The position numbers and the translations under genes are program-made. The notes under the pieces were generated by a model. It made no database searches. It was not told where the DNA came from and saw only the letters and a program-made list of their open reading frames with translations. From positions 1 through 64,000 of IMG/VR virus record IMGVR_UViG_3300025941_000018: DNA of 64,000 nt; one strand, written 5' to 3'. The stretch is from a virus. Of this stretch, positions 18,498-29,495 are shown in pieces (positions within the stretch are counted from its first letter, which is position 1; every line of letters starts with the position of its first letter).

Positions 18498-19337
18498 ATG
18501 AGCATGTGCATCAAATGCGGTATCGCCTTCATTAATCGACCTGAGTGTCCCGCGCCAGAGAATCAGCTTTGCCTTTGGTGTGAGCGCGATGGGTTGAAGG
18601 AATTGAACGCGACCTTGTGTGCCGCCATCAAGCGTTTGGAAATCACGCACGTTGAGCTAATGAAAACGAACGGGATTCTTATGCAATTCGTGCCTTGCGG
18701 AGATTGTGATCCGTGTCTGGTTGGCAAACCGGCACAGTGCGCAATGATTCCGCTAGATGAGTTTGTAAAGCAAAAGGAAAAGCAAGTGTCCGATCTTCAA
18801 CAGCAACTCGAATCCGCATTCAAAGGCGTACTGTCCATCCGCTGCACCAAGCACTACACCGTGCCACAACAGAACAAAAACGAGCACGGCGGCGGACAGT
18901 GCGGCGGGTGCATCGCGGGCGAGCGGGACAAGTTCGCTCGTATCGCAGACCGAGAAATCCAATTGCGGGTGCAACTGGCCAATATGCTTTTCGAGTGCCA
19001 AGAGGCTCTGAAAGTCGCCATCAACACCGTTGAGTGCGCGAGTATCGACACAAGGACAGGCGAGGAATTGCCGTGGTATAAAATGGCCAAGAAAGCATTG
19101 CTCCCAAGAAAGCTCACCGAGGCCGAGGAGAAACTGTGCGCCGATTCCTTTCACAAGTCCAAAATTGCCCAATTAGAGCGCCATGTGAGAAACTTGGAAA
19201 TCGCCTTGGCTGAGTCGGTAAAATTACAGAGCTTCTATGGGCAACTGCTTAACACCTACGATGGCGGGAGCAGGCTCAAATTTGATGACTCCCAAGGCTG
19301 GATTATGCGACTGCAACAAACTGGAACCCTGCCATGA
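18498..19337 (+). CDS. Cys-rich/coiled-coil phage protein
   Basis: Several CxxC clusters; LAESVKLQSFYGQLLNTYDGG. Confidence 0.65.
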   Translation: MSMCIKCGIAFINRPECPAPENQLCLWCERDGLKELNATLCAAIKRLEITHVELMKTNGILMQFVPCGDCDPCLVGKPAQCAMIPLDEFVKQKEKQVSDLQQQLESAFKGVLSIRCTKHYTVPQQNKNEHGGGQCGGCIAGERDKFARIADREIQLRVQLANMLFECQEALKVAINTVECASIDTRTGEELPWYKMAKKALLPRKLTEAEEKLCADSFHKSKIAQLERHVRNLEIALAESVKLQSFYGQLLNTYDGGSRLKFDDSQGWIMRLQQTGTLP

Positions 19338-19648
19338 TACAACTCCAAAACGACACCAAGATCCGCTTCGTAAACGCCGTCGATGCGCTGCTTACCCATG
19401 CCCGCGAGTGTGAAGCTTGCACCGAATACATGCAGACCGGAGAGGGCGACCTTTGCGACTGGGCCAAAATCAGCCTTGCTCACGAGATGGCTTTCGCCGA
19501 CATGAAGCCGATCATCGACGAGAACTTCGTCTTACTCCCCGACGCGGCGACAGGCCCCTGCCCGCCCGCATCGTTGTCAGAGAGCGTCCTACCATCCGCG
19601 GTGACAACCCTCGCCGAGAACCCACACGGGCACCTCGACTACGAGTAA
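19334..19648 (+). CDS. hypothetical protein; 3' end overlaps the giant gene antisense
   Basis: ATGA coupling; HARECEAC motif. Confidence 0.5.
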   Translation: MIQLQNDTKIRFVNAVDALLTHARECEACTEYMQTGEGDLCDWAKISLAHEMAFADMKPIIDENFVLLPDAATGPCPPASLSESVLPSAVTTLAENPHGHLDYE

Positions 19649-22600
19649 GGCCGCCGCCTAGTCCGCCGCCCAAGGTTGTCCCGCGTGATGCTGTGGCCAG
19701 CCTGGGAGTGCCTGAAGCCCCGCCAGGCCCACCCACAGCCGGTGCCACAGCCGCACGGCTTGCCGCAGGCGCTCCGCCGCCGCCTATAGATGCCACACTA
19801 ACCCCAACCGACTCCAAAGCGTCTTGATTCGCCCGCTGGAACGCTTTAGCGACGGCGACCTTGTCACTGCCATCCAATCCTTGAAGTTCCTGCTTGAAAT
19901 TCACCCCTCGCTGCACCGTGTAATCTTGTAACTCCTGATTCGTCATCGGCCTGAAATCGTTGCCGATGGCGTAGCCCTTATTTGGATTGATGGACGGTGG
20001 TCGATAGCCGCTTTCAAACACTGCCACGTAGGGTGCCTCTTCCAGTTGCGCTTTCACCGGCAGGGGATACGTGCCTGACAGCATCGTCTGGACGTAGTTC
20101 TGAACGGCATCAGGAGTGCCCACAGGGTCGCCCATGAAGTTGACTGCCTTGTGCCCGCTGGTTGGAAGCGCGACCAGGAAGTCCATGAATGTCGCCTGTC
20201 GAGGATCGAGATGCACGCCGACCGCCCGCATCTGTTCTTGCCAGCCAGGGAGCCCGGGGACCACGGGGCTGATATACGACGCCGCGAGCTTGGTCGGACT
20301 GAAGCTGCCTGCCTCCGTGAACGACTGCGCGGCACCGGTCAGGGTCTTGCCGGACATCAGCAGAGCCAGCGCCGATTCGGCCGCAACTTGGAAGCGCTCC
20401 ATGGTAGTAGGAGGCGGGATTTTGCCAGGGGTAAGACCCTTCTTCTCTGCCTCTTGGTTCATGGCGGTCTGCTGCTGTGTGCGCCGCTCAATCAAATCCT
20501 TTGCTGCCTGCGCGCCGCCGGCATAGGGAGCCAGGAAAGTGCCGACGCCAACCGTCGTGCTCAGTCGGTAAACATGGTTGTCGCCCAGGTTGATCTCGAT
20601 GGTTCCCCATTTGTGGCCTGCCTTCTCAGCCAAGTCACGTTCAGCACGATCCATCGGTGGCCGGCCAAAATATTTCATCAGGTTGTTGAACACGGCCCAA
20701 ACTGCGATTGCGCCAAAAGCGGTGCCAAGCAAGGCTTGAAAACGGCGCTGCCAAACGTCCTCCTCGGTGGTGAAATAAGGCGACGGTTCAGCCCCGCGTG
20801 GCCGCATGTTAGCCATCGCGTACAGCGGCGTGTTCATAAACGCCCAGTTGATGCCGGTGCCGATGGCATTCGAGAACTGGGTAAAGAACCCCGGCAGCCC
20901 GGCGCCGCGCAACATGCTTTGCGCGTACTTCAGCGGCACGGTAACCAGCGCGCCCGGGCCAGTCTTCACCGGTTCCTGCCATGCGGACAGCCGTTTGAGC
21001 AGGTCGGCGCGCTTCTGGAACTCATCGGCGGGCAAATGGGCCATCCGAATCTCGTCATACATGCGGCTGAGAACGAGCGCCGATGCCCGCTCGACCAGTT
21101 CAGCCTCAGTCAGCGTCTCGCCAGCGGCTGCCGCTATCCTGCGAGCATCGGCCAGGGCGGCATCTCGCTTCGCCGGCAGTCCCTTGAACACCCTGTCGCG
21201 AATCACTAATCGGTCAGCCAGCAGAAAGCCCTTCTGGATGAGGCTCGAATCGACAAGGTTGGACATTTCAGTCATCTCGACCGCCGTACCCTGCCAGGCA
21301 TCCATGGCGCGGATGAAGTGCAAAGACCACTTCACGAGTCCCAGGAAGCGCAGTGCCCCGGCCTGAGCAGTCTTGCCTTGGGCATCCAATTCCTTAGCCT
21401 TGAGTTCCATCCGCTCGAAAGCCTGAACTCCGGACATCAAACGCTCGACGTTTCGGGTCTCGCCGCGATTGAGCAATCCTGCCCTGAACGCCAGCAGCCC
21501 TGGCTTAATGGCATCCACGGTCTCTTTGAACCCTTGGACCATCGTGCGCCCGAGGTCTCCCCATGCCTGCCCGATGGACTCTTCGCCGCGCTCCACCCTT
21601 GCTGCCACGAATCCCGCAGCCCGACTCGGAACGTGCATCAAGAACTGTGTTGCCATGTGGAGTGGTAGCCGGAAGCCGAACCCGGTCTTGAGCAGCAGAT
21701 TGGCAATCTCGAACTCGTTGGTCGCCGCAGCGATGTTCTGCCGTGTAGCCCAGAACTTCGACCATTTGATGGGCTGCGTGAGCCGTGCCCAGCGTGCCGC
21801 TAATTCCCGGTTGGCTGCCCCGATCTTCCCTTCCATGGTCACCATGCGCTCACGGCGGGCCTTCTCGACGTCGCCACCAGCGTCTTTGATTTCTTCCGGG
21901 GTAGGTTCGGCCAGCCGCTGGGCTCGCTCGCTCAACTCCCGCATGATGCGGATCTCCGCTGGGCTGGGTGGCGTGTAGCCGTTGGCCTTCGCAATCTCGG
22001 CGATGATGGTCGTCGGATCGGCACCACCAGCATTGAACATTCGATGCAGTTTCTCGACCACATTGCGCCTGCGCATCTGTTTGCGCTCCTGTGGCGTCAG
22101 AGCGTCGATAGCCTGCTTTCCAGCCGCTGCCAGCGCTTTGGTCATCGGGAGCTTAAACGCCGCCTGGAACATCGCCTTGACCTTGTCCACCTGCGCTGGG
22201 TCGATGCTCAGATCGCGGACCATGTGGTCGGCAAACCTCTCAGCCAGCTCGTCCTGGCGGTAAAACGGGGTTTCCAGCACTTGCTTGGTCAAACTGCTGA
22301 CATTTGGCACCAACCGCTGAACCACGCCCTTAGCCGCCACATTGTCAATCATGGGCGTGTCGATGCCACCGGCGCGGATGATGCCTTCCAGCTTGCCTTT
22401 GGCCTCATCAAGCCGCTTGGCGCGCGCCTCCGGGGTGATCGGCGCCACGTCGAAGGTGCGATCTGCACCCTTCAGGAAGCTTCGGGTAATCCGTTCTTCC
22501 GCTGCCTGCAGCCGTTCGGCCAGGTAGGTCCAGGTCACGGCTTCCAGATACGTGCGGGTTGGCTCATCTAAGGCGTTGAACTTCTCGGCCGTAGCGATTT

Positions 22601-25600
22601 CCTCACTCTTGCGCTCAATCCATTGCTGCTTTTCAGCCCTTGTCGAGGTTGCCAGGCTTTCCAATTCCTTAGCCGACACGTATTTCGAATCGACGCTGCG
22701 AATCAGACGGCGCGTTCGGTCGGTCTGGAAGCGTGGGTCTCGCGACACCCCGGCGTTAATCAGCCCGCGCAGACGCTCGGATGCCGTCTTAGGCACGTTC
22801 GCCTTCGGGTCGAAGAAATTATCCACGACTCGCTGCTGGGCTTTCTTCAATTGGGCGAGCATCTGCTGCTCGATGGCGTTGTAAACCCGAAGCTTGGTCT
22901 CCGGAGATGCAGCGGACATATCCACCACAGCCTCGATATTATCCATGAAAGCACCCATCACGCGGGCTTTCTCTTCATCCTCGGACTTCGCCAGCTTCAC
23001 CAAGTCAATGCGGGTGTCAGCGGGCTTGACCTTGGGGTCCTCGAACTTCGTGCCTTTGAAATGTTCACTAAGCACCTGCCGCACGAGCCGCATGGTTGTC
23101 GGGTTGTAGCCAAGGTCTTCGCCAATCTTCTCCCAGTGCGCGTACTTCGGCAGCTTCATACCTTCGTCGATGAACTGCTGTGGCGGCATCACACGCTCAT
23201 TGCCTGGTCCTGCCAGGTCGATTTCCGTCAGCATGTCCTCAAGGGCGGCCTTGCGCTCCGGGTCTTTCTCGCTGGTCGCGTACTTCTTCAGGATGACACG
23301 GCCCGCATTCCACTGCGCTTCTTCCAACGCCCATTCGAGGGATTGCCCAATCGCATCAGCGGTCTTCGGATCGAGCATCAAATGGAGTTCTTCCATCGCC
23401 GTCAACTTGGTCTTGCCTGGACGCGGCTTTGGCTCAATGCCGTATTTGGCTTTCAGCCGCTCGAGTACCTTGTCGTAAGCCTCATTCTCTTTGCTCTTGA
23501 GCGCGAGTTGTTCTGGGGTCAATGGTTGCTTGGGTGCCAATGCTCGCTGCAAGCGTCGGTACAACCTGCCGCCTTGGTCCTGAGCACTCAGCCGAATCAG
23601 TGTATTGATGAATGTCCTCGCGTCGGGATGGCCATTAAGCGCGTCCTCGATCTCTTTGGGCGTGAACAGATCGCGGAAATGGGTCAGCGCCCGCTCAATC
23701 ACTTTGCGGATGCCGTCGCCATTGAATGCCTGCGAAAACTCTTTGTGCAGATACACGTCCACGTTGCGGCCAATCACGTCCAGCCCGGGCTTGAGGCGGG
23801 AGAGGGCCGACAGCGCGGCGCCCACGCTGCTAATCTCGCCCTGAGCCACGGCAAATAAATCATCGCGCAGTCCGGTCGGTAGTGTTGCCATCGCTGAGCC
23901 CGGCACGTTGCTGTAGTTTAGGCGCACGGAATTGAGCAGGTGCATCAGCAACCCATTAGCCTTCCCGGGTTCATTCTGCGCTCGAATCTCAGCCTTCATC
24001 CGTTCCAGCAGCTTCTCGAATTGCTCCCGTTGATCCTCGCCACTGGCGTCAAACCGATAGACTTCCTTCTCCATCTTGCCCGTCTCGGGGTCCATGACGG
24101 CAGTATCGGTGAACGGGATCTTAAGCGAGTCCAGCACGGTCTTGCTGAAATCCTTCATTGTGGCGATCTGCGCAGCGGTCTGTCGGCTGAGCACGCCGAA
24201 GTCCGTGCCCATGACCTTCGTCTCCGTGTATGGGCTTGGCGGCTCTTCTTCGCTCGGGCCGAGAGACGCCATCAATCGCTCGTGCTCAAACTGATTGCCG
24301 CTCTCCGGTGTGGTATCAAATCGCCCAGCCATCACCGCATCGAGCACATCGTTCTGCCGCGGCCGCATTCGCAGGGCTTTGCGAAGTGCCGACAGGAATT
24401 GCTGCCAAATCGCTTTGACCCTGGCCCAGAAGCCCTCGACGACAGAGCCAGCCTTTTGCTCAAACCTGTCGCTGAACGAGTGCGCGAAATATTCTTCGTC
24501 GTTCGAATGGTGATATAGCAGCTTCTCGTAACGCTTCGGATAGTTGCGGGACAAGAAGTCCTTGGTGTCCACCGTCGGATTGTCGCGCAGGTCAGTTAGC
24601 GCAGCGGTCAGTTCGGCGTTGCCCTCATTCTCTTTCAGTAAGACCTCAATGCTCGCCAACTTGAGCCTGTTTATCTCTGCCCGAATGTCTTCTGGAAGGA
24701 CGTTCTGGTAAAGCCAGTGCGCAAATTCATGTGGCAGAGTCTTCGGGTCGGCGGTTCGACCGAACTGAATCAGATTTTGAAGTGTACTTCCAGCGTATCC
24801 GTTCTCCACTGCGTCAGTGATGACAACTCGAACACCTTCGAAATCTTTCGCAACGGGCAAATCCAGCAGCGCATTCGCCAGCCTGACAACTTGCGGAGAT
24901 AACCCCGCGTCCTTGGCGTTGATCGCCGTGCGCAACTCTTCGACGGTGCGGGCTTCGACGGGCTGACGCTCGCGCAACGGCGAAGTCAACTCTTCCGTCG
25001 GAGTGCTGGCCATTGCGCCAGGTTCGCGCATCGCAGGCGTGATGGCGATAGCGTGAACCGGAGTCGTTATCGGCACTCCGATTTGCTGCATGGCTTTTTC
25101 AGCATCAGCCCTGCTCGAAAACTGCGAGGACAGTTGCTCTCGCACCCCGTCGGGGGTTCTTCCGTAAACAACCCAAAATCCTTGGAACGAACCCGGCTCA
25201 ACTTTGAGGTCGGTCATCCCTTCTCCTTCGCGCTCGCCAACCGAAATGCCCTGCGTTCCAACCTTCACCCCCGCCTTCTTCACCGGAGCCAGATTGTTGA
25301 CGACGTTGGGTAGGTCTTGGTCGTAGAGTTTTTTGAGGCCAGCGCCACCGACTCTAAGATCCAGACCGGTGAAGTCCTGTTGCTCTCTGCCGTCTCTGGC
25401 AGCGGCAGCGGCCTTCTCGCCAAGTTCTTTGCCGATGTAATCGGACAGTTTGTCTGCGGAAATTCCAGAGGCAATCTCATACCAGTTGCCCTCGGTTTCG
25501 TGACCCACGCGCCTGACGGAAACGTCCACTTTCTTTCCGTCGCCTGAAATATTCTCGACGCGGATAGCCGACACATGCTTGCTGAGATCATATCGTTCCG

Positions 25601-28600
25601 CTTGTTGAGTCCCCGTCGTCCAACCAACTGCTTCAAACCCATTCTCTGCCGCATGACGTAAAGCCCAACGCATCGCAATCTCGCGCCAGTGCTTTTGAAA
25701 CAGGGCGGGCATCTTCTCGAACTCGCCTTTTTGAGGGGGTTGGACCTCCTCAAGAAAAAGCATTCGCTTGCCGTCTGCCGCGGCACGTTCGTTATAGCGG
25801 AGGCGAACGATGGGATTTGGAATGGCGGCGTACTGCGAGTGGCCGTCGCGCCAGCCGGGCTTTCCCGTGATGGATTGAATTGCATCCTGCTCCGTCGCTC
25901 CGCTGCCTCTATTTAGACCGCTTTGACCCCTGACGATCCATAATCCCCTGCCGTCTGCCGTCTCGACCTTTTCAAGCGTGAATCCTTTCGGAAGGGCTTG
26001 CGGTGTTTTTACTTCCGGCACGGTCAACAGTACTTCGCGATAGCTGCCCTCCTTTGCGCCAGGGAGTGTGTATTGGGAGAAGTGGGTGTCGGTTGTCACT
26101 GGCCCCATCTCGACCTCGGCGCGATCAGCGTCTATGTTCTGTAAAGCTTCGGTTTCATCGTAATGCCCCGGAGCTGATCCGACGTAATTCCCATCAACGA
26201 AACCAACCCAGTCCTCTGGCTTGTGCCAGTCGTGTCCGGGTATCTGCGACTGCTCGTCCGGAGTGAGTGAACCGAATCGACGCAGTTGCGCGGCAAACTT
26301 TTTCTGTCCCAACGTCACATCCTTCACTTGAATCTCATTCGCCTTGAGATAATCCAGCACGTCGGTCTTGGTGTAGGTCTTACCGTCCTCCAAACCATCG
26401 ACGCGCATCAATGCCCATTCGTCTTTGAGCACACCAGGACGATTGCGCAGTTCAGCTTTCCACTGTGCGCCGGTTGCTTTGCCTGTGCGACTGGCCATCG
26501 CCTGCTTGAGAATGTCGCCCAGCGCGGCTTTCTCGCCTTCTGTCGGTGGTTCTTCGGCGGCTGGTGTCGGCGCTTCCGGCTCTGGCTTGGTTGGTTCAAT
26601 CTTTGGTTTCAGGTCGGGGTAGTCCGCGAGAACTTCTGCGGGCACGTCCTTACCTTCGCTTAGGGCTTGTTGAACGGCGAGCTTGTGGCTCTGCGCTTCG
26701 CCCGCCATTGTGAGTTCTTCGTTTTTCACAATGCCAGCCCGCATCCCGGCTCGATTCACACGATCAAAAGCTCTGGCGTTCGCGGCCTTTATCCAGTCGC
26801 GGCCTTTCTGCGTTTTGGCTTTTAGGTTCGATCCGCCCTTTACCTTCTTGGCCTCAAGGTCTCCCGATTTAATAAGGGCTTCTGACTCAGATCGCAGGGT
26901 TTCTCGAAGTTCTGATTCAGTCTCAACTTGCGGGCCTGCGTCCGTTCGCGGAAAACGTGCTTGGTAATCTGATTTCGTCATCTGCCATGGCTCTTTGGAC
27001 GGTTCGACGTTGGGCGTGACAGGCGCACTCACAACCTCCTTTCCAATGTCCGAAAGGTCGGCTGCTGCTGGTGGCATCGGCTTCTGCGCGGGTGGAGGCG
27101 GCACTTGGCTGACAATCGTTTCGCCAGGATAAAGGCTCGCTGTTGACCATGCTCCATCTTTCACACGGCTAATCATCGGCGGCACACCGGGCACCTGCTC
27201 CCAGTAGCCACCGAATGCGGCTTGGTAGGTCGAACCGTCGGGCCGTTGGATGGTGACTGCGGTGTGGTTTGGTGGCAGTGGCGGGATGCTGGCCGCGCCT
27301 GAAATCTCTGTTATTTGTGCTTTTGGAATTACGTCCGAGTAATTGATTCTCGCAAGCCTTTGTTGAACGATCTTACCGTCATCGAGGAACACATCCAATT
27401 GGGCGGGGTGATTAAACATCGCCCTGCCACCGGCGTTATGTTTTTCTGGGCGCAGTCTCGCTATGTAGTTCTTTCCGCCGGAGGAAAACTTCATTGCGTG
27501 TGTGTATTGACCCTCGTCGCCCACTTCGGTCGAAAGCACGTATGGGTCGGATTCAATTGTCCGCTTAATGTCGGCTCTAAACACCGGATTGTCCGACATT
27601 GAAGCCAGAGCTTTCTGCCGATTTGACAGAGGCTTTGGTGGTGCGGGAACTACCGTCGGCTGGGTCGGCGCTTGGGTGACTGGCGAGATTTCTGGCGTGG
27701 CTTCGGGCGCGACGACAGGCGGCGTCCCTTGACCACCTTGCCCACTTTCTCTGGCAGGCTGCGGTACGACACTGGGGCTTCCTTCTGCCACTTGTGCAGC
27801 AGGTCCGGGCGGTTGACCGCCGCCCACTTCCACTGGTGCTTGCTCTTGATTGGCATTTGGTCCTTGATTTAAGAGGCGCGTGGCCTCGGGTTGAACTGTC
27901 GGCACTGCTGACGGTTGGGCTACTGCCGTGGCCTGACCTTCTGGCGTCACTTCGACCGTGCGTTTACGGCCGCCTTTGATGCCCAGCATCTGCGCAAGTT
28001 TCTCAGGCCAGCCTTGCTCGACAATGTTGACGCCTTTTGTGCGGGCCTCTTTGATATTGCCAGGACCGCCGCCAACCTGTCGGCCAAGTTGGTCGTTGAT
28101 CATCTGGACAAGATCCTTCTCTGACTGTGTGGCCGATTCATCACCGCGTTGGACTCGCGTGTAAATGTCTCGTAGTTCTTCGGGCGAATAACTCTCGATC
28201 ACCTTGCGAGTTGCTAGCGTGTCGGCATTGCGTTCGACCCACGCGCGAGTCTTGCTCGGCACTTTCTTGCTGAATCTGCCGATGCCAAGCAGGGAGAAAC
28301 CCAAGTTTGTGCCGATGATCTCAGCCAAGTGCAAAGCCGCGCCCTGCGGGTCGGACTTCATCTGCGCCAGCAGTTCCGGAGTCTGGGTTGCTGTCATGTA
28401 GCCATCGAGCGCTACCTGTTCGCCGATTGTTTCCAGCACCTTCTGCGCCGTCGCATTGATCGGTGCGGCCCCGCCTTTCGCCAGCGTCTTGCCAATCGCC
28501 GCGGCGACCGCCGTCTTTCCGACCAGCCCAACGCCTGGCAGCAGGGACGCGATCAGCGCCTCCTTTGGATGGAAATTCCCCTCGTCGTCTATGCCGAACA

Positions 28601-29243
28601 ATCCGCCAGCGGCAATTGACTGCGCGATCAACCCCTCGGGAGCCACGGCGAGCAACGCGAAGTTTGGCGCGGCCTTGGCCAAACTGAGGGCTGTGGCGCC
28701 CATCGCCGTTGCAACTGGAAATTCGCCACGGTCTTTTTGCTCCTGGGCTGAGGCTTGTACGGCCTGCTCGACTGGCAGCGGTTCTTCTAACGGTGCCGCG
28801 ATATTCGCCTTCGTCAGATTCGGTGCCGTCGCGGTGCTTGGCCGCATGACATTGGCGATGTCGCCGAGTCCACCCATGACCGCTTTACCAGCCAGCCGCC
28901 GCGTCTCCGTGAAACTCAATGGCCGCGCATTCGGGGCTTCCGTCCCGCGTATGTCCGATTTATCCGGTGGCTCTGGTGGCGGCGGGTTCGACTCCCAACT
29001 GCTGCTAACGGGCGGGATGAAGGCTGTCGGGGTTGGGGATGGCCGCGATGAAACCCTTGCTTTGACTGGCGCTGGCGTCTCAACCGGGGTGCCGATGTCG
29101 CTAAGGTCGAACGGGTCTGGCGCTTTGGCTGTTGGCACCGGCGTCCCAATATCGCTCAAATCCGTGGGCTGCATCTCGCGCCTGGGAGCAGGCAAAACCT
29201 CAGTGCCAATGTCGCTCAGGTCCGTTTCGTCCATTACTGCCAT
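19512..29243 (-). CDS. giant internal/ejected virion protein (3243 aa, polyvalent-protein-like)
   Basis: Last gene of the structural operon; HEFAH zincin motif; LFLEEVQ/YREVLL domain; PWQMT...VPAEVLADYPDL module; DLSDIG repeats. Confidence 0.85.
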   Translation of the reverse strand: MAVMDETDLSDIGTEVLPAPRREMQPTDLSDIGTPVPTAKAPDPFDLSDIGTPVETPAPVKARVSSRPSPTPTAFIPPVSSSWESNPPPPEPPDKSDIRGTEAPNARPLSFTETRRLAGKAVMGGLGDIANVMRPSTATAPNLTKANIAAPLEEPLPVEQAVQASAQEQKDRGEFPVATAMGATALSLAKAAPNFALLAVAPEGLIAQSIAAGGLFGIDDEGNFHPKEALIASLLPGVGLVGKTAVAAAIGKTLAKGGAAPINATAQKVLETIGEQVALDGYMTATQTPELLAQMKSDPQGAALHLAEIIGTNLGFSLLGIGRFSKKVPSKTRAWVERNADTLATRKVIESYSPEELRDIYTRVQRGDESATQSEKDLVQMINDQLGRQVGGGPGNIKEARTKGVNIVEQGWPEKLAQMLGIKGGRKRTVEVTPEGQATAVAQPSAVPTVQPEATRLLNQGPNANQEQAPVEVGGGQPPGPAAQVAEGSPSVVPQPARESGQGGQGTPPVVAPEATPEISPVTQAPTQPTVVPAPPKPLSNRQKALASMSDNPVFRADIKRTIESDPYVLSTEVGDEGQYTHAMKFSSGGKNYIARLRPEKHNAGGRAMFNHPAQLDVFLDDGKIVQQRLARINYSDVIPKAQITEISGAASIPPLPPNHTAVTIQRPDGSTYQAAFGGYWEQVPGVPPMISRVKDGAWSTASLYPGETIVSQVPPPPAQKPMPPAAADLSDIGKEVVSAPVTPNVEPSKEPWQMTKSDYQARFPRTDAGPQVETESELRETLRSESEALIKSGDLEAKKVKGGSNLKAKTQKGRDWIKAANARAFDRVNRAGMRAGIVKNEELTMAGEAQSHKLAVQQALSEGKDVPAEVLADYPDLKPKIEPTKPEPEAPTPAAEEPPTEGEKAALGDILKQAMASRTGKATGAQWKAELRNRPGVLKDEWALMRVDGLEDGKTYTKTDVLDYLKANEIQVKDVTLGQKKFAAQLRRFGSLTPDEQSQIPGHDWHKPEDWVGFVDGNYVGSAPGHYDETEALQNIDADRAEVEMGPVTTDTHFSQYTLPGAKEGSYREVLLTVPEVKTPQALPKGFTLEKVETADGRGLWIVRGQSGLNRGSGATEQDAIQSITGKPGWRDGHSQYAAIPNPIVRLRYNERAAADGKRMLFLEEVQPPQKGEFEKMPALFQKHWREIAMRWALRHAAENGFEAVGWTTGTQQAERYDLSKHVSAIRVENISGDGKKVDVSVRRVGHETEGNWYEIASGISADKLSDYIGKELGEKAAAAARDGREQQDFTGLDLRVGGAGLKKLYDQDLPNVVNNLAPVKKAGVKVGTQGISVGEREGEGMTDLKVEPGSFQGFWVVYGRTPDGVREQLSSQFSSRADAEKAMQQIGVPITTPVHAIAITPAMREPGAMASTPTEELTSPLRERQPVEARTVEELRTAINAKDAGLSPQVVRLANALLDLPVAKDFEGVRVVITDAVENGYAGSTLQNLIQFGRTADPKTLPHEFAHWLYQNVLPEDIRAEINRLKLASIEVLLKENEGNAELTAALTDLRDNPTVDTKDFLSRNYPKRYEKLLYHHSNDEEYFAHSFSDRFEQKAGSVVEGFWARVKAIWQQFLSALRKALRMRPRQNDVLDAVMAGRFDTTPESGNQFEHERLMASLGPSEEEPPSPYTETKVMGTDFGVLSRQTAAQIATMKDFSKTVLDSLKIPFTDTAVMDPETGKMEKEVYRFDASGEDQREQFEKLLERMKAEIRAQNEPGKANGLLMHLLNSVRLNYSNVPGSAMATLPTGLRDDLFAVAQGEISSVGAALSALSRLKPGLDVIGRNVDVYLHKEFSQAFNGDGIRKVIERALTHFRDLFTPKEIEDALNGHPDARTFINTLIRLSAQDQGGRLYRRLQRALAPKQPLTPEQLALKSKENEAYDKVLERLKAKYGIEPKPRPGKTKLTAMEELHLMLDPKTADAIGQSLEWALEEAQWNAGRVILKKYATSEKDPERKAALEDMLTEIDLAGPGNERVMPPQQFIDEGMKLPKYAHWEKIGEDLGYNPTTMRLVRQVLSEHFKGTKFEDPKVKPADTRIDLVKLAKSEDEEKARVMGAFMDNIEAVVDMSAASPETKLRVYNAIEQQMLAQLKKAQQRVVDNFFDPKANVPKTASERLRGLINAGVSRDPRFQTDRTRRLIRSVDSKYVSAKELESLATSTRAEKQQWIERKSEEIATAEKFNALDEPTRTYLEAVTWTYLAERLQAAEERITRSFLKGADRTFDVAPITPEARAKRLDEAKGKLEGIIRAGGIDTPMIDNVAAKGVVQRLVPNVSSLTKQVLETPFYRQDELAERFADHMVRDLSIDPAQVDKVKAMFQAAFKLPMTKALAAAGKQAIDALTPQERKQMRRRNVVEKLHRMFNAGGADPTTIIAEIAKANGYTPPSPAEIRIMRELSERAQRLAEPTPEEIKDAGGDVEKARRERMVTMEGKIGAANRELAARWARLTQPIKWSKFWATRQNIAAATNEFEIANLLLKTGFGFRLPLHMATQFLMHVPSRAAGFVAARVERGEESIGQAWGDLGRTMVQGFKETVDAIKPGLLAFRAGLLNRGETRNVERLMSGVQAFERMELKAKELDAQGKTAQAGALRFLGLVKWSLHFIRAMDAWQGTAVEMTEMSNLVDSSLIQKGFLLADRLVIRDRVFKGLPAKRDAALADARRIAAAAGETLTEAELVERASALVLSRMYDEIRMAHLPADEFQKRADLLKRLSAWQEPVKTGPGALVTVPLKYAQSMLRGAGLPGFFTQFSNAIGTGINWAFMNTPLYAMANMRPRGAEPSPYFTTEEDVWQRRFQALLGTAFGAIAVWAVFNNLMKYFGRPPMDRAERDLAEKAGHKWGTIEINLGDNHVYRLSTTVGVGTFLAPYAGGAQAAKDLIERRTQQQTAMNQEAEKKGLTPGKIPPPTTMERFQVAAESALALLMSGKTLTGAAQSFTEAGSFSPTKLAASYISPVVPGLPGWQEQMRAVGVHLDPRQATFMDFLVALPTSGHKAVNFMGDPVGTPDAVQNYVQTMLSGTYPLPVKAQLEEAPYVAVFESGYRPPSINPNKGYAIGNDFRPMTNQELQDYTVQRGVNFKQELQGLDGSDKVAVAKAFQRANQDALESVGVSVASIGGGGAPAASRAAVAPAVGGPGGASGTPRLATASRGTTLGGGLGGGLTRSRGARVGSRRGLSPRMVGRSLTTMRAGRGLSPRRGVRRSSRR

Positions 29244-29290
29244 TCCCGCTTATAGCACCCAATGACGAATGTTCCAAAGAAAGAAATTCT

Positions 29291-29495
29291 TTGACAGTAG
29301 GCGCGAGACGTGGAAAAGTCGAAATGTTCAGGCGACTGACGCCAATACAAATGCAAACCAAAGCTCAATTTAGACTCCACTGGCCATCCGGTCCAAGGTC
29401 GTCTGAACAATGCCCTACCATGCGTTTGTGTGGGGGCCGGACCCATCGGATCTAACCGAGGCGGATTAAACCCCGTCCTCGGTCATTTTCTTTTT
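29291..29495 (+). promoter_or_regulatory. promoter plus alternative-pairing leader plus terminator-like hairpin
   Basis: TTGACA-N17-AAAAGT; 29325-29336 pairs with 29398-29409; 29387-29394 pairs with 29434-29441; hairpin 29455-29483 followed by a T-rich run. Confidence 0.55.

Noticed and set aside
20054-29265. Many long + strand ORFs opposite the giant gene (e.g. 22623-23858, 20151-21209)
   Set aside because: Antisense shadows expected from GC-rich codon usage; no motifs or plausible starts
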